NCBI RefSeq assembly: GCF_018977255.1
Contig: NW_024704742.1
Coordinates: 113,400,001-113,464,000 of the forward strand
Reading direction: 5' to 3'
Source: Callorhinchus milii
Lineage: Eukaryota
Length of the DNA stretch: 64,000 bases
A model generated the notes under the pieces. That model saw only the letters and a list, made by a program, of their open reading frames with translations. It did no database searches and was not told the origin of the DNA. The translations under genes were made by a program, and so were the position numbers. Within the stretch, counting starts at the first letter, position 1; every line of letters begins with the position of its first letter. Shown in pieces: positions 33,007-44,860 of this stretch.

Positions 33007-36000
33007 ATGAAGTTGAGACATCTCACTCTATAGAGACAAAAAGAACTTTGGCTCTGACATCTAGGCGGGGCATTAAATGCAGTCAGAAGCCTAAAGATTT
33101 CAGAACAGCAGATTTGATCAGCTAAAAACACAAGCCTGTCTTAACTCAGCCAGTCATCTGGAATTCATGTTGAATATTCTATGTAGATATATATATATAT
33201 GCTGCATTGAAATTCTCTGCCTGCTTTCAAAACCTCCCTAAGACCCATTGCCTCAACCATTTAGTCACCTCTAAATTCTTCCCACTTCTTGCTCTATGTC
33301 CCTTTGACATGTTTATGTGAAAGACACAAAAGAAATCAAGTAGATCATGGATATGTTGCACAATATCAGTACCACAGCCATCAGATGATTTTGAATAGGT
33401 TCATTGTTTTACCAAGTTCAGAGGAAGTTTAATAAAAAAAAGGCCAAATTACGTATGTTTCTTGGATGCCAGAGGTTGTTTTGCCCTCCGCGCAACATGA
33501 TTTATCGCAGCTTTGTCTGTTTTTCTGGCTCTAACAGATGTTATAAAATATGAAACACTCCAGATTATCAGTGGCTCCCAGTGCCCTACTTCATCCCACA
33601 ACTGGGCACTGTATATAATCCTTTCTGGCATGAGCAGTATGCCAAAAGCAATAGGCCTGATTACAAGTCCATGACTTCAGTTCAAGAAAAAGCCCCATGA
33701 AAACTAAATGTGCAGCATTGCAAAATGAAAGTGTTTTCTATTATAACCTGGAGCTACAAACATACTGCAGTCAAGAAACTGGAGGATAATAAGTATATCT
33801 AGATATTGATATTATATCACTGCTATTATGTACATGGAACATACTGAAGCTATTATCCACTCTGTTTCACTGCCTCCAGGGTGGAGGGTAGGGGGAGGGG
33901 AAGAGGTTTTACTCCATCACTCATTTCAGATGCCGGCATTTTCAAAAATCTAAACATCTACCAGTATGAGATTTTACATTCACATATCTGAATACTTCTC
34001 AGATTCATGTTTCATGCTAACAGCTTAGCTTTTTGTTATAAGCAGACATGCTTCCTGTAAAAGTTCCATCTGCCAGAAAAACTTTCCCAGCTATTTACAA
34101 ATACAATTCCCTCCTGCACACCTAATTTAACTAACCACACATTATCCTATTCATTCTTTCCATGCTCCTAGATAATACAGGAAGAAAACCCAATGCAGTA
34201 CCACCACCTTTGTAATCTTTCCCTTCAACCTAGCCAAAAAAACTCTACATTTGTCTTTTAGTTCCTCTAAATATAGTTGGCCCCATATTCCAGTGCCTTG
34301 GGACATCCTCCTGACGGGAAAGCCGCTATATAAATGTAATGTGTTGTAATATTACCTTGGATTGATGGGTAGAAGCCTTAAGTATCCTGTCAGGGTCTAA
34401 ATTGTAGTATTGCTAAATAAGGGCAGTTACTGCCTACAGATACGGTGCTTGAAGTTTTAAGTGACCTTATTTGATTTTTTGGATCTCAGGTTGGGGTTCT
34501 TTACAAACTAACAATTTAATTAAATTGATATAGAGTTGCCCTGACTTCACACCACCAGCTTTGAAAACAGCCATCCCACACCCACAAGGCAGGGCTCCAA
34601 GACAATGCCTCGCACGATTTTTCCGGCTGCATTTTGGTGCTACAATTACTCGGCAAAAGAAAGAGAAATGATAATATCACATATCACATATTGTATTTTC
34701 CCTTCTGGTGTAGCATTATCAAGGTGCTGTCTTTTCTAGTGTGACGCTAAACCAAAGTCCTGTCTGCCTGTATCATGCAATCACATTTTCAAATTGTGAT
34801 ACTCATGACAATATGTGAAAAAAGTAGTTTATTGCAGGCAAATTGGTCATTCACTTCATGGCTGTTTGTGAGACATTGCTGTGCGCAAATTGGCCACTGC
34901 ATATGCCTACAATACAGAAGACCTCTATCAAGTCATCCCTAAACCTTCTTTGCTCCAGCGGAACAAGTCCCAGTTCTTCCTGTCTTCTTAAAACAAACCA
35001 CACATCCCCGGGATTATCTTAGTAAATCTCCTCTGCACCCTTCTATTGTCTTAACATCAGAGTTGTACTCTGGAATCTATAGAATTATAACATAAATCTT
35101 TGCTACCAAGTACAACAATAACAAAAAATCCTTACATTTGATACAGAACCTTTACTGTACCTTTACCTTAATGGATGTACTCTAAAGTGGAATAACTATT
35201 TTGTGGGCGAAGGTCAAATATAATAGTCTAAAGGTTCCCTTGAAACTAGTACAGGGAGTGGAATCCTCGGTTGATCGCTGTAATGACTATTGTTAAGTAC
35301 TGTAGTAATGTACTGTATGGATTAAGAATTTATTATGATGGTATAACACAGGTAAATAAAAACATTCACACACAATAGCCACTAGATGGAGACAATGTGA
35401 CATTTTCCATATGCCTGGGGATTAAATTTTTTTAAAAAAACTAAATTTGTGAATATTATTGAAATAACACATGATGGCAGGTGATCATCTCTGGCTAATG
35501 CAGCGTGCATAATGGCCAACTGATAACTTTGACACATGTGGAAACCCATCACCATGTCTAACAGCATGCAGAGCAGACTGAGAGTACCACATACTTTATG
35601 CCGTCTACACATAAAAATTTCCTGTGTCTGGATTGGAGCATGCAACCTGTTTAACTAATTCCGAAGAGTACCAGGCGCAGATCAACAAAACCCAGTAGAT
35701 CATTTAATGCTAATGCACCATGCACGATAGAAGTGTTTGGATTCCCTCATCAAAGCCAGTGGATGTCTGAGATTAATAGCCACGATTGCCTGGAAGAACG
35801 TTAGCAATGTGGTGCACATCGGGGCACATTCCGAAAGTGGCAAGTGCGCCTTATCAGGGTGTGTGCGGGTGCGCTCATAGATGTGGTGTACACAGGGGCA
35901 ACTCCCAACTATTTTAAGCGGAGCCTCCCAAAAAATGTGTGCACAACCTATGTGCGGTGAAGGAATGTACTCTAAACAACGGAATTTTTTTCGTATCAGG

Positions 36001-36364
36001 AGAAAAGGGAAAAATTGTAGAAGATGTTATGTTTGTTTTGGATTTCTGTTAAATAAATATATATTTTCCAAAAAAAGCTGATGGTGGAGCGGAGGGAATG
36101 AGGAATGTGCAGAAGTCTGGAACCAGCTGAGTGAAAGGGGTGGAGAGGAATATGAATTAAAAATGACTACCAAGTTTGTCCTAAGTGAATTTAGAGCTCT
36201 CATATCACTACTTTGAGTGTGTTTAGAAGTATAACTGCAATATTCACCCACAAAATACATGGTTACTACTTTACAATAAATCTTGTGATGTGCTTTGAGA
36301 CATCCTCCTGATGCGAAAGGCGCTAGATCCGATATTATTATTATATGTATAAAATATATTTTCA

Positions 36365-37335
36365 CTTAGCAAAATATGGATTAATAAAGGACAGCCAACA
36401 CAGATGTGTTCAAGGCAAATTACGTCTGACAAACCTCATAGAGTTTTTTGATGAAGTAACAGAGAGGGTGGATGAAGATAGTGCAGTTGATGTAGTTTAT
36501 ATGGATTTTCAAAAGGCATTTGATGCCACATAAGAGACTTGACTTGTAAGCAAAATAGAAGCCCACGATATTAAAGGGACACTGGTAGCATGGATACTGG
36601 CTGGGAGACAGAAAACAGGGTTGTGGTGAACGATTAGTTTTTCTGACTGGAGGGAAGTGTGCAGTGGTGTCCCCCAGGGGTCGGTATTGGGACCATTGCT
36701 GTTTTTCATTTATATAAATGACCTGGACTTGGGTATAGAGAGTACAATTTCCAAGTTTGCAGATGCTACTAAGCTAGGAAAAGTAGTAAATAGTGAGCAG
36801 GATAGTAGCAGGCTGCAAATGGACAGAGACAGACTGGTAAAATGGGCAGACATGTGGCAGATGAAGTTTAACGCGGAGAAATGCAAAATGATGCATTTTG
36901 GGAGGAAGAATCAGGAAAGGCAATAGAAGCTGATGGTACAATAGCTGAGACGGTTAAGAGGAAACTTAATAGAAGTTTTAAAAATTATGAGGGGATTCGA
37001 TAGGGTGGACAAAGAGAAACTATTTCCACTGGCGGGTGGGTCGGTAACCCAAGGACACTGATTTAAAATGGTTGTTAAAAGAAATAAGAGAGGTGAGGAG
37101 AAATTTTTTCACACAGTGAGTTGTTTGGATCTGGAATGCATTGCCTGAAAGGGTGGTGAAAGCCGATTTGATAACAACTTTTAAGAGATAATTATTTGGG
37201 GAGAACAAGTTTGCAGGGCTTTGAGGAGAGCGCGGGAGAGTGGGATTGATTTGGATAACTGTTTTAAAAGAGCAGGCACAGACATGATGCGCCAAATGGC
37301 CTCCTTCTATGCTGACTAATTCTATGATTCTATGA
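36365..37335 (+). mobile_element. CR1 LINE reverse-transcriptase fragment and 3' end (disrupted)
   Basis: LTNLIEFFDEVT..VDVVYMDFQKAFD, SGVPQGSVLGPLLF.IYINDLD, ISKFADATKLG and WQMKFN; ends in TTCTATGATTCTATGA. Confidence 0.92.
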
Positions 37336-37744
37336 TATTGGAGGACGAATTTAGATAGTAGAGAAATTCGTTTGTTCCCCAAAAAATGCAAAATGCTTTC
37401 TGTCTGATGTATTTCAGAGCTTGGTAAATGCTTTGATGACTTTATTTTACAATGATCCGGAGAGTTTCAATCTATTCACTGAATGATCCTTTTCGGTCAT
37501 ACCACTCCCTTCCAACACCTATGAACACTACTCCTCTTAGGCATATGTATAGATATTAGGTGACCAAGTAGTCAGTTTTGATGTTCCTCAAGTCAATTGA
37601 CCAGAACTCACTGTCTCAGCTCACTTAGATCCAAGGTTGCTTGTGGAATTATACACCTGTATAGGTCAAGGCTTTGGGGCTTATGCTGTCAGATCTTGGG
37701 AACGTGGTTGATTATTATGTGAGGTTTTGTCTCGTGTGGATATA

Positions 37745-39600
37745 TAACAACGCTTATATAGCGCCCTCCATGAGCTAAGGAAGGATGAAAAGGGGAGAGA
37801 GGGGCAAGTTAGAAGGATTGAGGGAGAGTGTTCCAGAGTTTCAGGGCGTAGTGGCTGAAAGCATGACCACTGATGGTGGGGCGGAGGCCGAGTAGGAGGC
37901 TAGTGCCAGTCGAGCGGAGGCACTGGGTGGTGGATTGGGGAGTGAGGAGGTCGGAGAGGTAGGGAGGTGCCAGAGAGTGAAGGGATTTGAACACATGTAT
38001 AAGGATCTTGAAGTCAACCGTTCGGTGATGGGGAGCCAGCGGAGTCTGGCCAGAACTAGTGAGATGTGGGTATGGAGTTTGGTCCAGGTCAGTATACAGG
38101 TGGCAGAGTTCTGAATGAGCTGGATCTTTTGAATAGTGGAACTGGGGAGATCGGCGACGAGTGCATTTGAGTAATCCAGGTGGGAGGTGACAAACTTATG
38201 CACGAGGGTTTCGGCTGCATTTGGGGTAAGGTACGGTCAGAGACGGGCAATGTGGCTGAGGTGGAATAAGGCAGTCCTGGTCAGGGACTAGATGTGGGGG
38301 AGGAAGGACAGCTGAGGGACGAACTGGATGCCTAGGTTGCGCACTGGTTCAGTGAGTCTGAAGGAGAGCCCCAGGGAGGTTGAGGAGTTCAGATCCGCAG
38401 GAGTGAAGACGTTGATGGGAACCAAGGAGTATGGCTTCCATCTTGTCCACATTCAGTTGCAGGAAGTTTACACTCATCCAGGCCTTGACATCTGCCAGAC
38501 AAGTTGATAGAATATCGGCGGACCTGGAGTTGGTACTGAAGAAGGCAAAGTAGGTTTGTGTGTCATGTGGAACTTCATGCCATGTCTGCGGATGACATTG
38601 CCCAGAGGGAGCATATGAATAAGGAAAAGTAGAGGGCCAAGGATGGAGCTCTGGGATAATAATAATAATAATAATAATAATCCTTGCATTTGATATAGCG
38701 CTTTTCACGTCGGGAGGACGTCCCAAAGCGCTTCACAGAACACACTGTAAAGTGAATTGACTGTATATTTGTGGGCGAACGCGGCAGCCAATTGCGCACA
38801 GCAATGTCCCACAAACAGTCGTAGATTGAAAATGACCAATTTAATTATTGTTTTTAGTTTTGGAGGGATTATTATTAGGCGTGTGGAGTAAGGAAACTTG
38901 CCCAAGGTTTCGCCCTGCCTGGAATTGAACTCAGGTCTCTCACTTGCAAAGCGAGTGCTCTAACCACTGAGCTACAGGACTCCATGGATACCCCATGTGG
39001 ATACCCCACAGGTGGCCAGATGGGGACGGGTGGAGAAATCTGTCAAGATGAAATTGATGCGATGTGACGAGAGAAATTTGTTGAGATGAAATGGAGACGG
39101 TTGGTTAAATAGGACTCGAACCATGCGAGTCCCGTTCCACTAAGGTGGATGAGGCAGGAGAAGCGGTGGAGGAGGATGGCATGGTCGACTGTGTCAAATG
39201 AGGTAGAGAAATCTACGAGGATGAGGAGGCAAAGGGAGCCTTGGTCACAGATAACCAGAAAACCAGACTGCAGGGGCTCGAGGAGGGAGAGGTGTGACTG
39301 AAGTTGATCTGTAACAATGTGTTCCAGGACTTTGGCAAGGTAGGGTAGGTTGGAAATGGGATGTAGTATGAGAGACGGTGGTATGGATAGTCTGGATGAG
39401 CTGGAAGGGGTCATAGGTGGGGGAGTGGGGGGTGGACAATGCAGCCAAGCGTATGTTTTCAATCTTTGAGGCGAAGAAGTCTAGGACCTTTTTTGCACTT
39501 GGTGTTTGATGTGAGGATAGGTGGGGCTTGAGGGGATGCACGGTGATGGACGGTGGAAAATAGGGTGTTTGGATTGTTGTTGGCCTCCAGGATGACTTTG
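37745..39600 (-). mobile_element. L2 LINE ORF2 fragment (disrupted), interrupted by a SINE
   Basis: PISNLPYLAKVLEH, LILVDFSTSFDTVDH.ILL, QSSILGPLLF, WMSVNFLQLN..K.E and FVTSHLDYSNAL motifs on the minus strand. Confidence 0.9.
38656..38983 (-). mobile_element. Full-length young tRNA(Ala)-derived SINE
   Basis: Reverse complement of the 8938 copy; it splits the GVPQGS-equivalent codons of the host L2. Confidence 0.93.
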
Positions 39601-40127
39601 GAGCAAAATATATATAAATTATGTTTGCTTCTGTGTTTATGAAACAGCAAGGAAATTATTTCTATCCTAGTGCACAATCAGGTATATCCATATGTAAGCA
39701 TGTATGAAAAGTATTCGAACAGCATGCACATCATCTTATGTGATCTAGTATTGCACCACACACCGCATATGTAATATAAAATATTTGTATATGAAGCATT
39801 TCGTTCAAGTTATGGCTAAATAGTGATGATAACCCTTTCCGTGACACTTTGAAGTGGGGATTTATCCCCTTGCACTTTGTATCAAAGTTACGAAGATACA
39901 TAGAACTATTCCTGGTTAAAGGAGTATAGAGGTACTGAGGATCAGGAAATCATTGCAAAATAAGTGAAGGTGCCTGAAATCTTTGTGGAATAAGCTTTTG
40001 CCCTATTTCATGTATGAAAATGATCCGCATGTGCTGTTGCTGTATTTCAGATGCATGGAAATGTTTTTGTGTAAGTGTCAAACATATGTGGAAGTCTCAG
40101 TCTGCATTGGATACTCTTAAGCATGGT

Positions 40128-40452
40128 ATCTCACCACCTAATGCTTCCGAAACACTCATTCATATTTTTGTTACATCCCACTTAAGACTTTTCAACGCAT
40201 TCCTTTCTTGTCTCCATATCTCTACCATTCCCAAACTGCAAATTATCCGAAACGCCTTCATCCTCACTCGCACCAAACACTGTATGCCCATCACCACAAT
40301 CTTTACTAGTCTCCACGATCCCTGTGGATTGATGTGAAGATCCTCATCTTACCCACAAATCCATCCAACTCCCTGGCACCTCCTTATCTTTCTAGTCTTC
40401 TCCTACCCTACTACTCCACTTGTCCCCTCTGCTCAGCTAACTCCAGCTTCCT
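40128..40452 (+). mobile_element. Degenerate L2 fragment
   Basis: ETLIHIFVTSHL..NAFL..KLQII.NA..LTRTK similarity to the 25015 copy. Confidence 0.7.
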
Positions 40453-40464
40453 GCAATGTCTGTT

Positions 40465-41521
40465 TGTCTGTGTGTCAGTGTATCTGACAATCATGCAATA
40501 ACCGATTGATGTACAGACATGATTTATACCTCATCGGAAAGATCTTGCATCTGGCTATGTAATGGGCATATGTTTTGGGGAGATCTCCTATCGTTGATGA
40601 GCAGCTTCACTTGCAACCAAAGGATTCAATACGGAATGTAGACTGGCACACAGACATACATCTCATTTAGACATTATACTCAGGTGGGAGGACTTCAGTG
40701 GGAGGACTCAGTGGGGCGGACTCCTTTAATATATTTTCTCTCTCAATCTTTCTGTCTCTCTCTCTCAGTCTCTCTGTCTATCTTTCTCTCTCCCTCTCAT
40801 TCTCCCCCCCTCACCCCCCCCCACCCACCCACCCCAGTCTCCCTCTCTCCGTCTACCTCTCTCTCTCTTTCTCTCTCTCGTGTGTTTTTTCTCTCAGTCT
40901 CTCTCACTATCTCAAGTCTCCCTCTCAGGCTACCTCTCCCACAAAACAGTCACTACACTTTATTGTATATTCTAACTCAGTCTCTCTCTCTGGCTCTCTC
41001 ACTATCTCAGTTTCTCTCGTGTCTCTCATTATCCCAATCTCTCACCGTCTGTCCCACATGGGAGGACTCTAGCTCCCATGACAACCAGAAAAAGGTGCCA
41101 TAGATTTGTTGCAGAATAGAAGATGTATCTCTCTGAATAGTGTGTGCTTTCCTCTGTCACTACGTAGTTGCAGAATACAATGCCTACCTCATGTTTTGCG
41201 GCTTAATTAAAGCATTTTTTAGTATAGTTCATCACCGACAGGAGATTCTCCTACCAAAAAAATATGCCCATGACACTGCCAGATCAAGACCTTTCCGATG
41301 AGTTATAAATCATGTCTTTACATCAATTGGTTATTGTGTGATTATACAATTATTATACAATTGGTTATTGTGTCCTATACACTGACAACAGACAGTCGCT
41401 TTATTAGTATAGACTGTATATGACGATGGGACATGATTTAGGATACTCCATACTTTTGGAAAGTATGCCTGGGTGTCAATCTACATTCCTGATTGGATTC
41501 TTTGGTTGCAAGTGCAGCTGC
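40465..41521. repeat. Unclassified element with permuted inverted repeats around a CT-rich core
   Basis: 40465-40600 is complementary to 41229-41394, and 40601-40659 is complementary to 41463-41521; a (CT)n-rich tract spans 40737-41045. Confidence 0.7.
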
Positions 41522-41904
41522 AACGGGTACAGCTAGTTCCATATAAATTACCTTGTTTTAATTGGAAATAGATCCTGTACTTTACAACTGTAGCCAGTGG
41601 GGGAGAGTTAGGGTTAAAGAAGTGACAAAGTAATCCTGATAGCACTTGCATTAGTGACTTCAGCCCGCAGCTCGAGAAATCAATTACCTCAGGAATAATT
41701 TAATGCAGAGCACAGTAAATGATCATTATTCCCATGAATAGATATCCGTAAAGTATTAGTAAGTGATATTGCAGAGATGCTGAGGTGAGGCAGAGTTTGC
41801 TGATTACCATATCCAACTCACCAGCAAGATTCAAAATGTTAACATCATCACAGATAAGCTGAATTGCTTTGACATGTGGAAGGCCAACAATACCCAAAAT
41901 GAAA

Positions 41905-42075
41905 TTGGCCAATCATTTCATTGGGTGTCTGTGAGACATTGCTGTGCGTGAATCAGCTAAGTGTGCCCACAAAATACATAGTCACTCCACTTTACAGTAA
42001 AAACCTATGAAGGACTTTGTCCTCTCGTAAGTGAAAGGTGCTGTACCAAATGCAAGGATTATTATTATTATTTTA
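41905..42075 (+). mobile_element. SINE 3' fragment
   Basis: TGTGAGACATTGCTGTGCG..CCCACAAAATAC..CAAATGCAAGGATTATTATT. Confidence 0.78.
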
Positions 42076-43804
42076 TTAATGGAAGGGGTAAACAAGTAAT
42101 GGAAAAGGAGCAAACCAGGTTCACATCCTGGACTTGCTGAATGTGTTCTAGGTTGGAGGAGAGTGTGAATGAGAAGTTAAAGCAGTCTACGGCATATCGT
42201 AAATGGAATATGGAATAAATATGAAAAGAAATGTGTTTTTCTTTAAACTCATGTCATCAAGCAGATCAAAACACAAAACTGCATGGAAATAAATGAGCTC
42301 CACTGTATCTGCAACATTTAGTATAGCCGGCGGCCGAACTATTTTAATAATAAAGCTTGTCAAGCCAGTTCTATCAGTAGGACTAATGAATGAAAATAAA
42401 AACAGCATGACCAAGTTTTTTTTTGGTTTCTTTGGTGAACCAGAGCATTGTAAAAAAGTAACAAAGTTTTTTTTTCAGTATTTCATTCACAAAAAAACCC
42501 AAAACATTCACATTATACACTATACAAGTTATAATATAAATACAGAATTGTTCTATGTGCATTGTAATGAAAAAAATAAATCATACACGTCAGCACAGTG
42601 ATTTTTCGTTGCCGTTTATAAAAAAAGAAAGACAAGACATAATTGGGTGCAGCAACCAGCACATTTCCTTTTTAGAAAAAAAATTGACAGCAACAACAAA
42701 TGTGTTACTGAGTCAAAGCAGTCTTACGTTCTGAATATTGTTTTCTGCCATTACTGCTTTAATCCTTGGATTTTTAGTTCACCATTTCTTTAACGTTTCT
42801 CTTTTTTTCTGAGCAAATCTCAATTGACCAAATTTGTCTCCCTCACTCCCATCATAATAGTTTCTAAAATGTTTCTTTGTGCAATTTAACTGTCTGTAAT
42901 CATGGCCTTAAATATCATGCCAGAAAGTTTGTGGTAGAATGATATCATTAAGTTTCCCCTGCAGTGCATGTTGTAGAAGACTGCAATTGTTTGTAGATCG
43001 GCCCAATGATCCAAGGGTTAACAGCAGGAATCTTACAAAAATATAGTTTAATTCTCTCCTGTACCTTACTTTTAAAGCAAATGAGCATTATCCTTTGAAT
43101 TAAAGTGAAATGGCCAAACATCATCAGCATATGCTATACAGTTGCCACATTCAAACATAAACATTCATTTAAAAAAAGGACAAGATGGTTATATATACAA
43201 AAATTAATTTATTTTTTTGTTGTTTTTTTACAAAAAAAAGGAGGCTTATAATCACCTTAGAAAAATGCAGCTTCATATCGTAGTGTGGTTAGTGAGGGCT
43301 GCAGAAAGCTGCCTTATCTGAGAACGTTAATATATTAGCAATTTGACCTTAGAAAGTACCAATGGGCTTTTGGAAAGGCCAGGTAGCATCCTCCTTCCAC
43401 TTGCTATTCTGATTGCTTGGATCCAGGTAAGTTAAAGAGCAGCGTCGTAATGCAGTCTCTGTCTGGGCTTGATCCCATCTTGAATCCTTGGAATTACAAT
43501 ACATGGGGGAGGGATATCTCGCAGCTGTAGAAGTGAAAGACTGGTTGAGGAAAAAGAGTTGTCCAATGTTTTGCATCCAATTATATCTAATCGCCTAGGT
43601 TTGTGCAAAATCACTTTTATGTACATTATGCAGGTTAACCCTTTCCAGCCTATGCTCCCCTCAAGTTGTTTTATGGAATACCAGACTTAAAATGTCAATC
43701 AAAATGCCTCGACTATACAGCCACCAATTTACTCCCATCAAAGTGGCACTTTTTAACAGCTTAATTTTGCTTTATGTTTGTGACATAAAGACAAGCTAAA
43801 ACAA

Positions 43805-43818
43805 CCACGAGGGGGCAG
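43805..43818 (+). promoter_or_regulatory. Candidate CTCF site
   Basis: CCACGAGGGGGCAG matches CCASYAGRKGGCRS at 13 of 14 positions. Confidence 0.35.
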
Positions 43819-44608
43819 TAAAAGCACAGTTTGGCATTTTGTCATGCAGCAGCAATCAATGCAATAAATAGTGAAATGCATTAAACGTTTGATATATTTT
43901 TAATTTAACATTATGGGGGAAAATGTGCAAACGTATGAATAAAATGCCGATTTATAGTGCAGAACCCAATGTGTGACAGTTATTACTAAAATTAGAGAAC
44001 GCCAGTAGAGGTAAATAACTTCAACTTGCCTTTTTTTAAAAGGCAGGGAGAGGGTTGTTGGCACAAACAATTACACACTAGTATATAGCAATTACAGCAA
44101 AATTGCTGAACCATTGAAGGATACTTTTGACACTTTTACTTCTTAAGAAAAAAAACAATTTTACGACACAAACATGATTGCGTGGGCTTTCCTTCCTCAA
44201 ACAATTATTTAAAATTTATGAAGTGAAATATTCTGCAAGCCCAGGGCAAACAAAACGTTCAATCGTCTCAGGAAAAAGTGTGACAATGCTAGCGTAGGCC
44301 CGAAAAAGATTAAAGAGAGCTCACCCAAAAGAAGTATGAATGTAAGACTTTATATCCAGTACCTACACAGCAGTATTGTTGAATTATGCCACAATGAATC
44401 ATTTAATAGTCTGCTGCAGTATTCAAACAATGAGGTGGATCCAAATAAAGCTATAGGCTGGAAAGGGTTTTCGTTCCTTTTTAAACTATATTTATTCAAA
44501 TAATTTTGCATAGAATGATTCTCAATTACAAATAGCTATCACATTGGAGGCTATTTCACTTCCAGACATATATTTTTGTTAAAAAATTCATTTGTCTCAC
44601 TTCTCCCA

Positions 44609-44652
44609 AACACACATCCAACACACACATACACACACACTGATACACACAC
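44609..44652. repeat. Imperfect (CA)n microsatellite (GU repeat in the VCAN mRNA)
   Basis: aacacacatccaacacacacatacacacacactgatacacacac. Confidence 0.85.
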
Positions 44653-44729
44653 GCGGATACAGGCACACAACTAAGAAACAGCTTTGGCTGTAATTGTGAG
44701 AATGGATTTCACACCGTTCAGTGATCTGG

Positions 44730-44860
44730 TCAACGCCCTGAACCATGCAATCTCCTGATCCAACGATGACGGTGTCTGACAGGCTCTGACAGAGAGTCCC
44801 TCATCCCTTTTCTGTACAATACTTGACGGTTCCTCGAGGAATCCCGTTGATATGTAGAAG
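44730..44860 (-). CDS. VCAN: Versican terminal coding exon (basic C-terminal tail); missed by the ORF track
   Basis: Acceptor ttttacttccag|CT. Encodes (P)STYQRDSSRNRQVLYRKGMRDSLSEPVRHRHRWIRRLHGSGR* with TGA at 44732-44730; resembles the versican PSAYQR...HRWSRR tail. Confidence 0.9.

Larger units (their letters stand above)
42320..44729 (-). other. VCAN: VCAN 3' UTR (~2.4 kb); candidate poly(A) signals AATAAA (44491-44496, 43208-43213) and ATTAAA (42343-42348)
   Basis: U/A-rich sequence downstream of the stop with no recognisable transposons. The distal ATTAAA is followed by GU/U-rich sequence, and repeats resume shortly beyond it. Confidence 0.65.

Noticed and set aside
40684..41103. Leu/Ser-rich ORFs
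   Set aside because: Translation of the (CT)n low-complexity tract.
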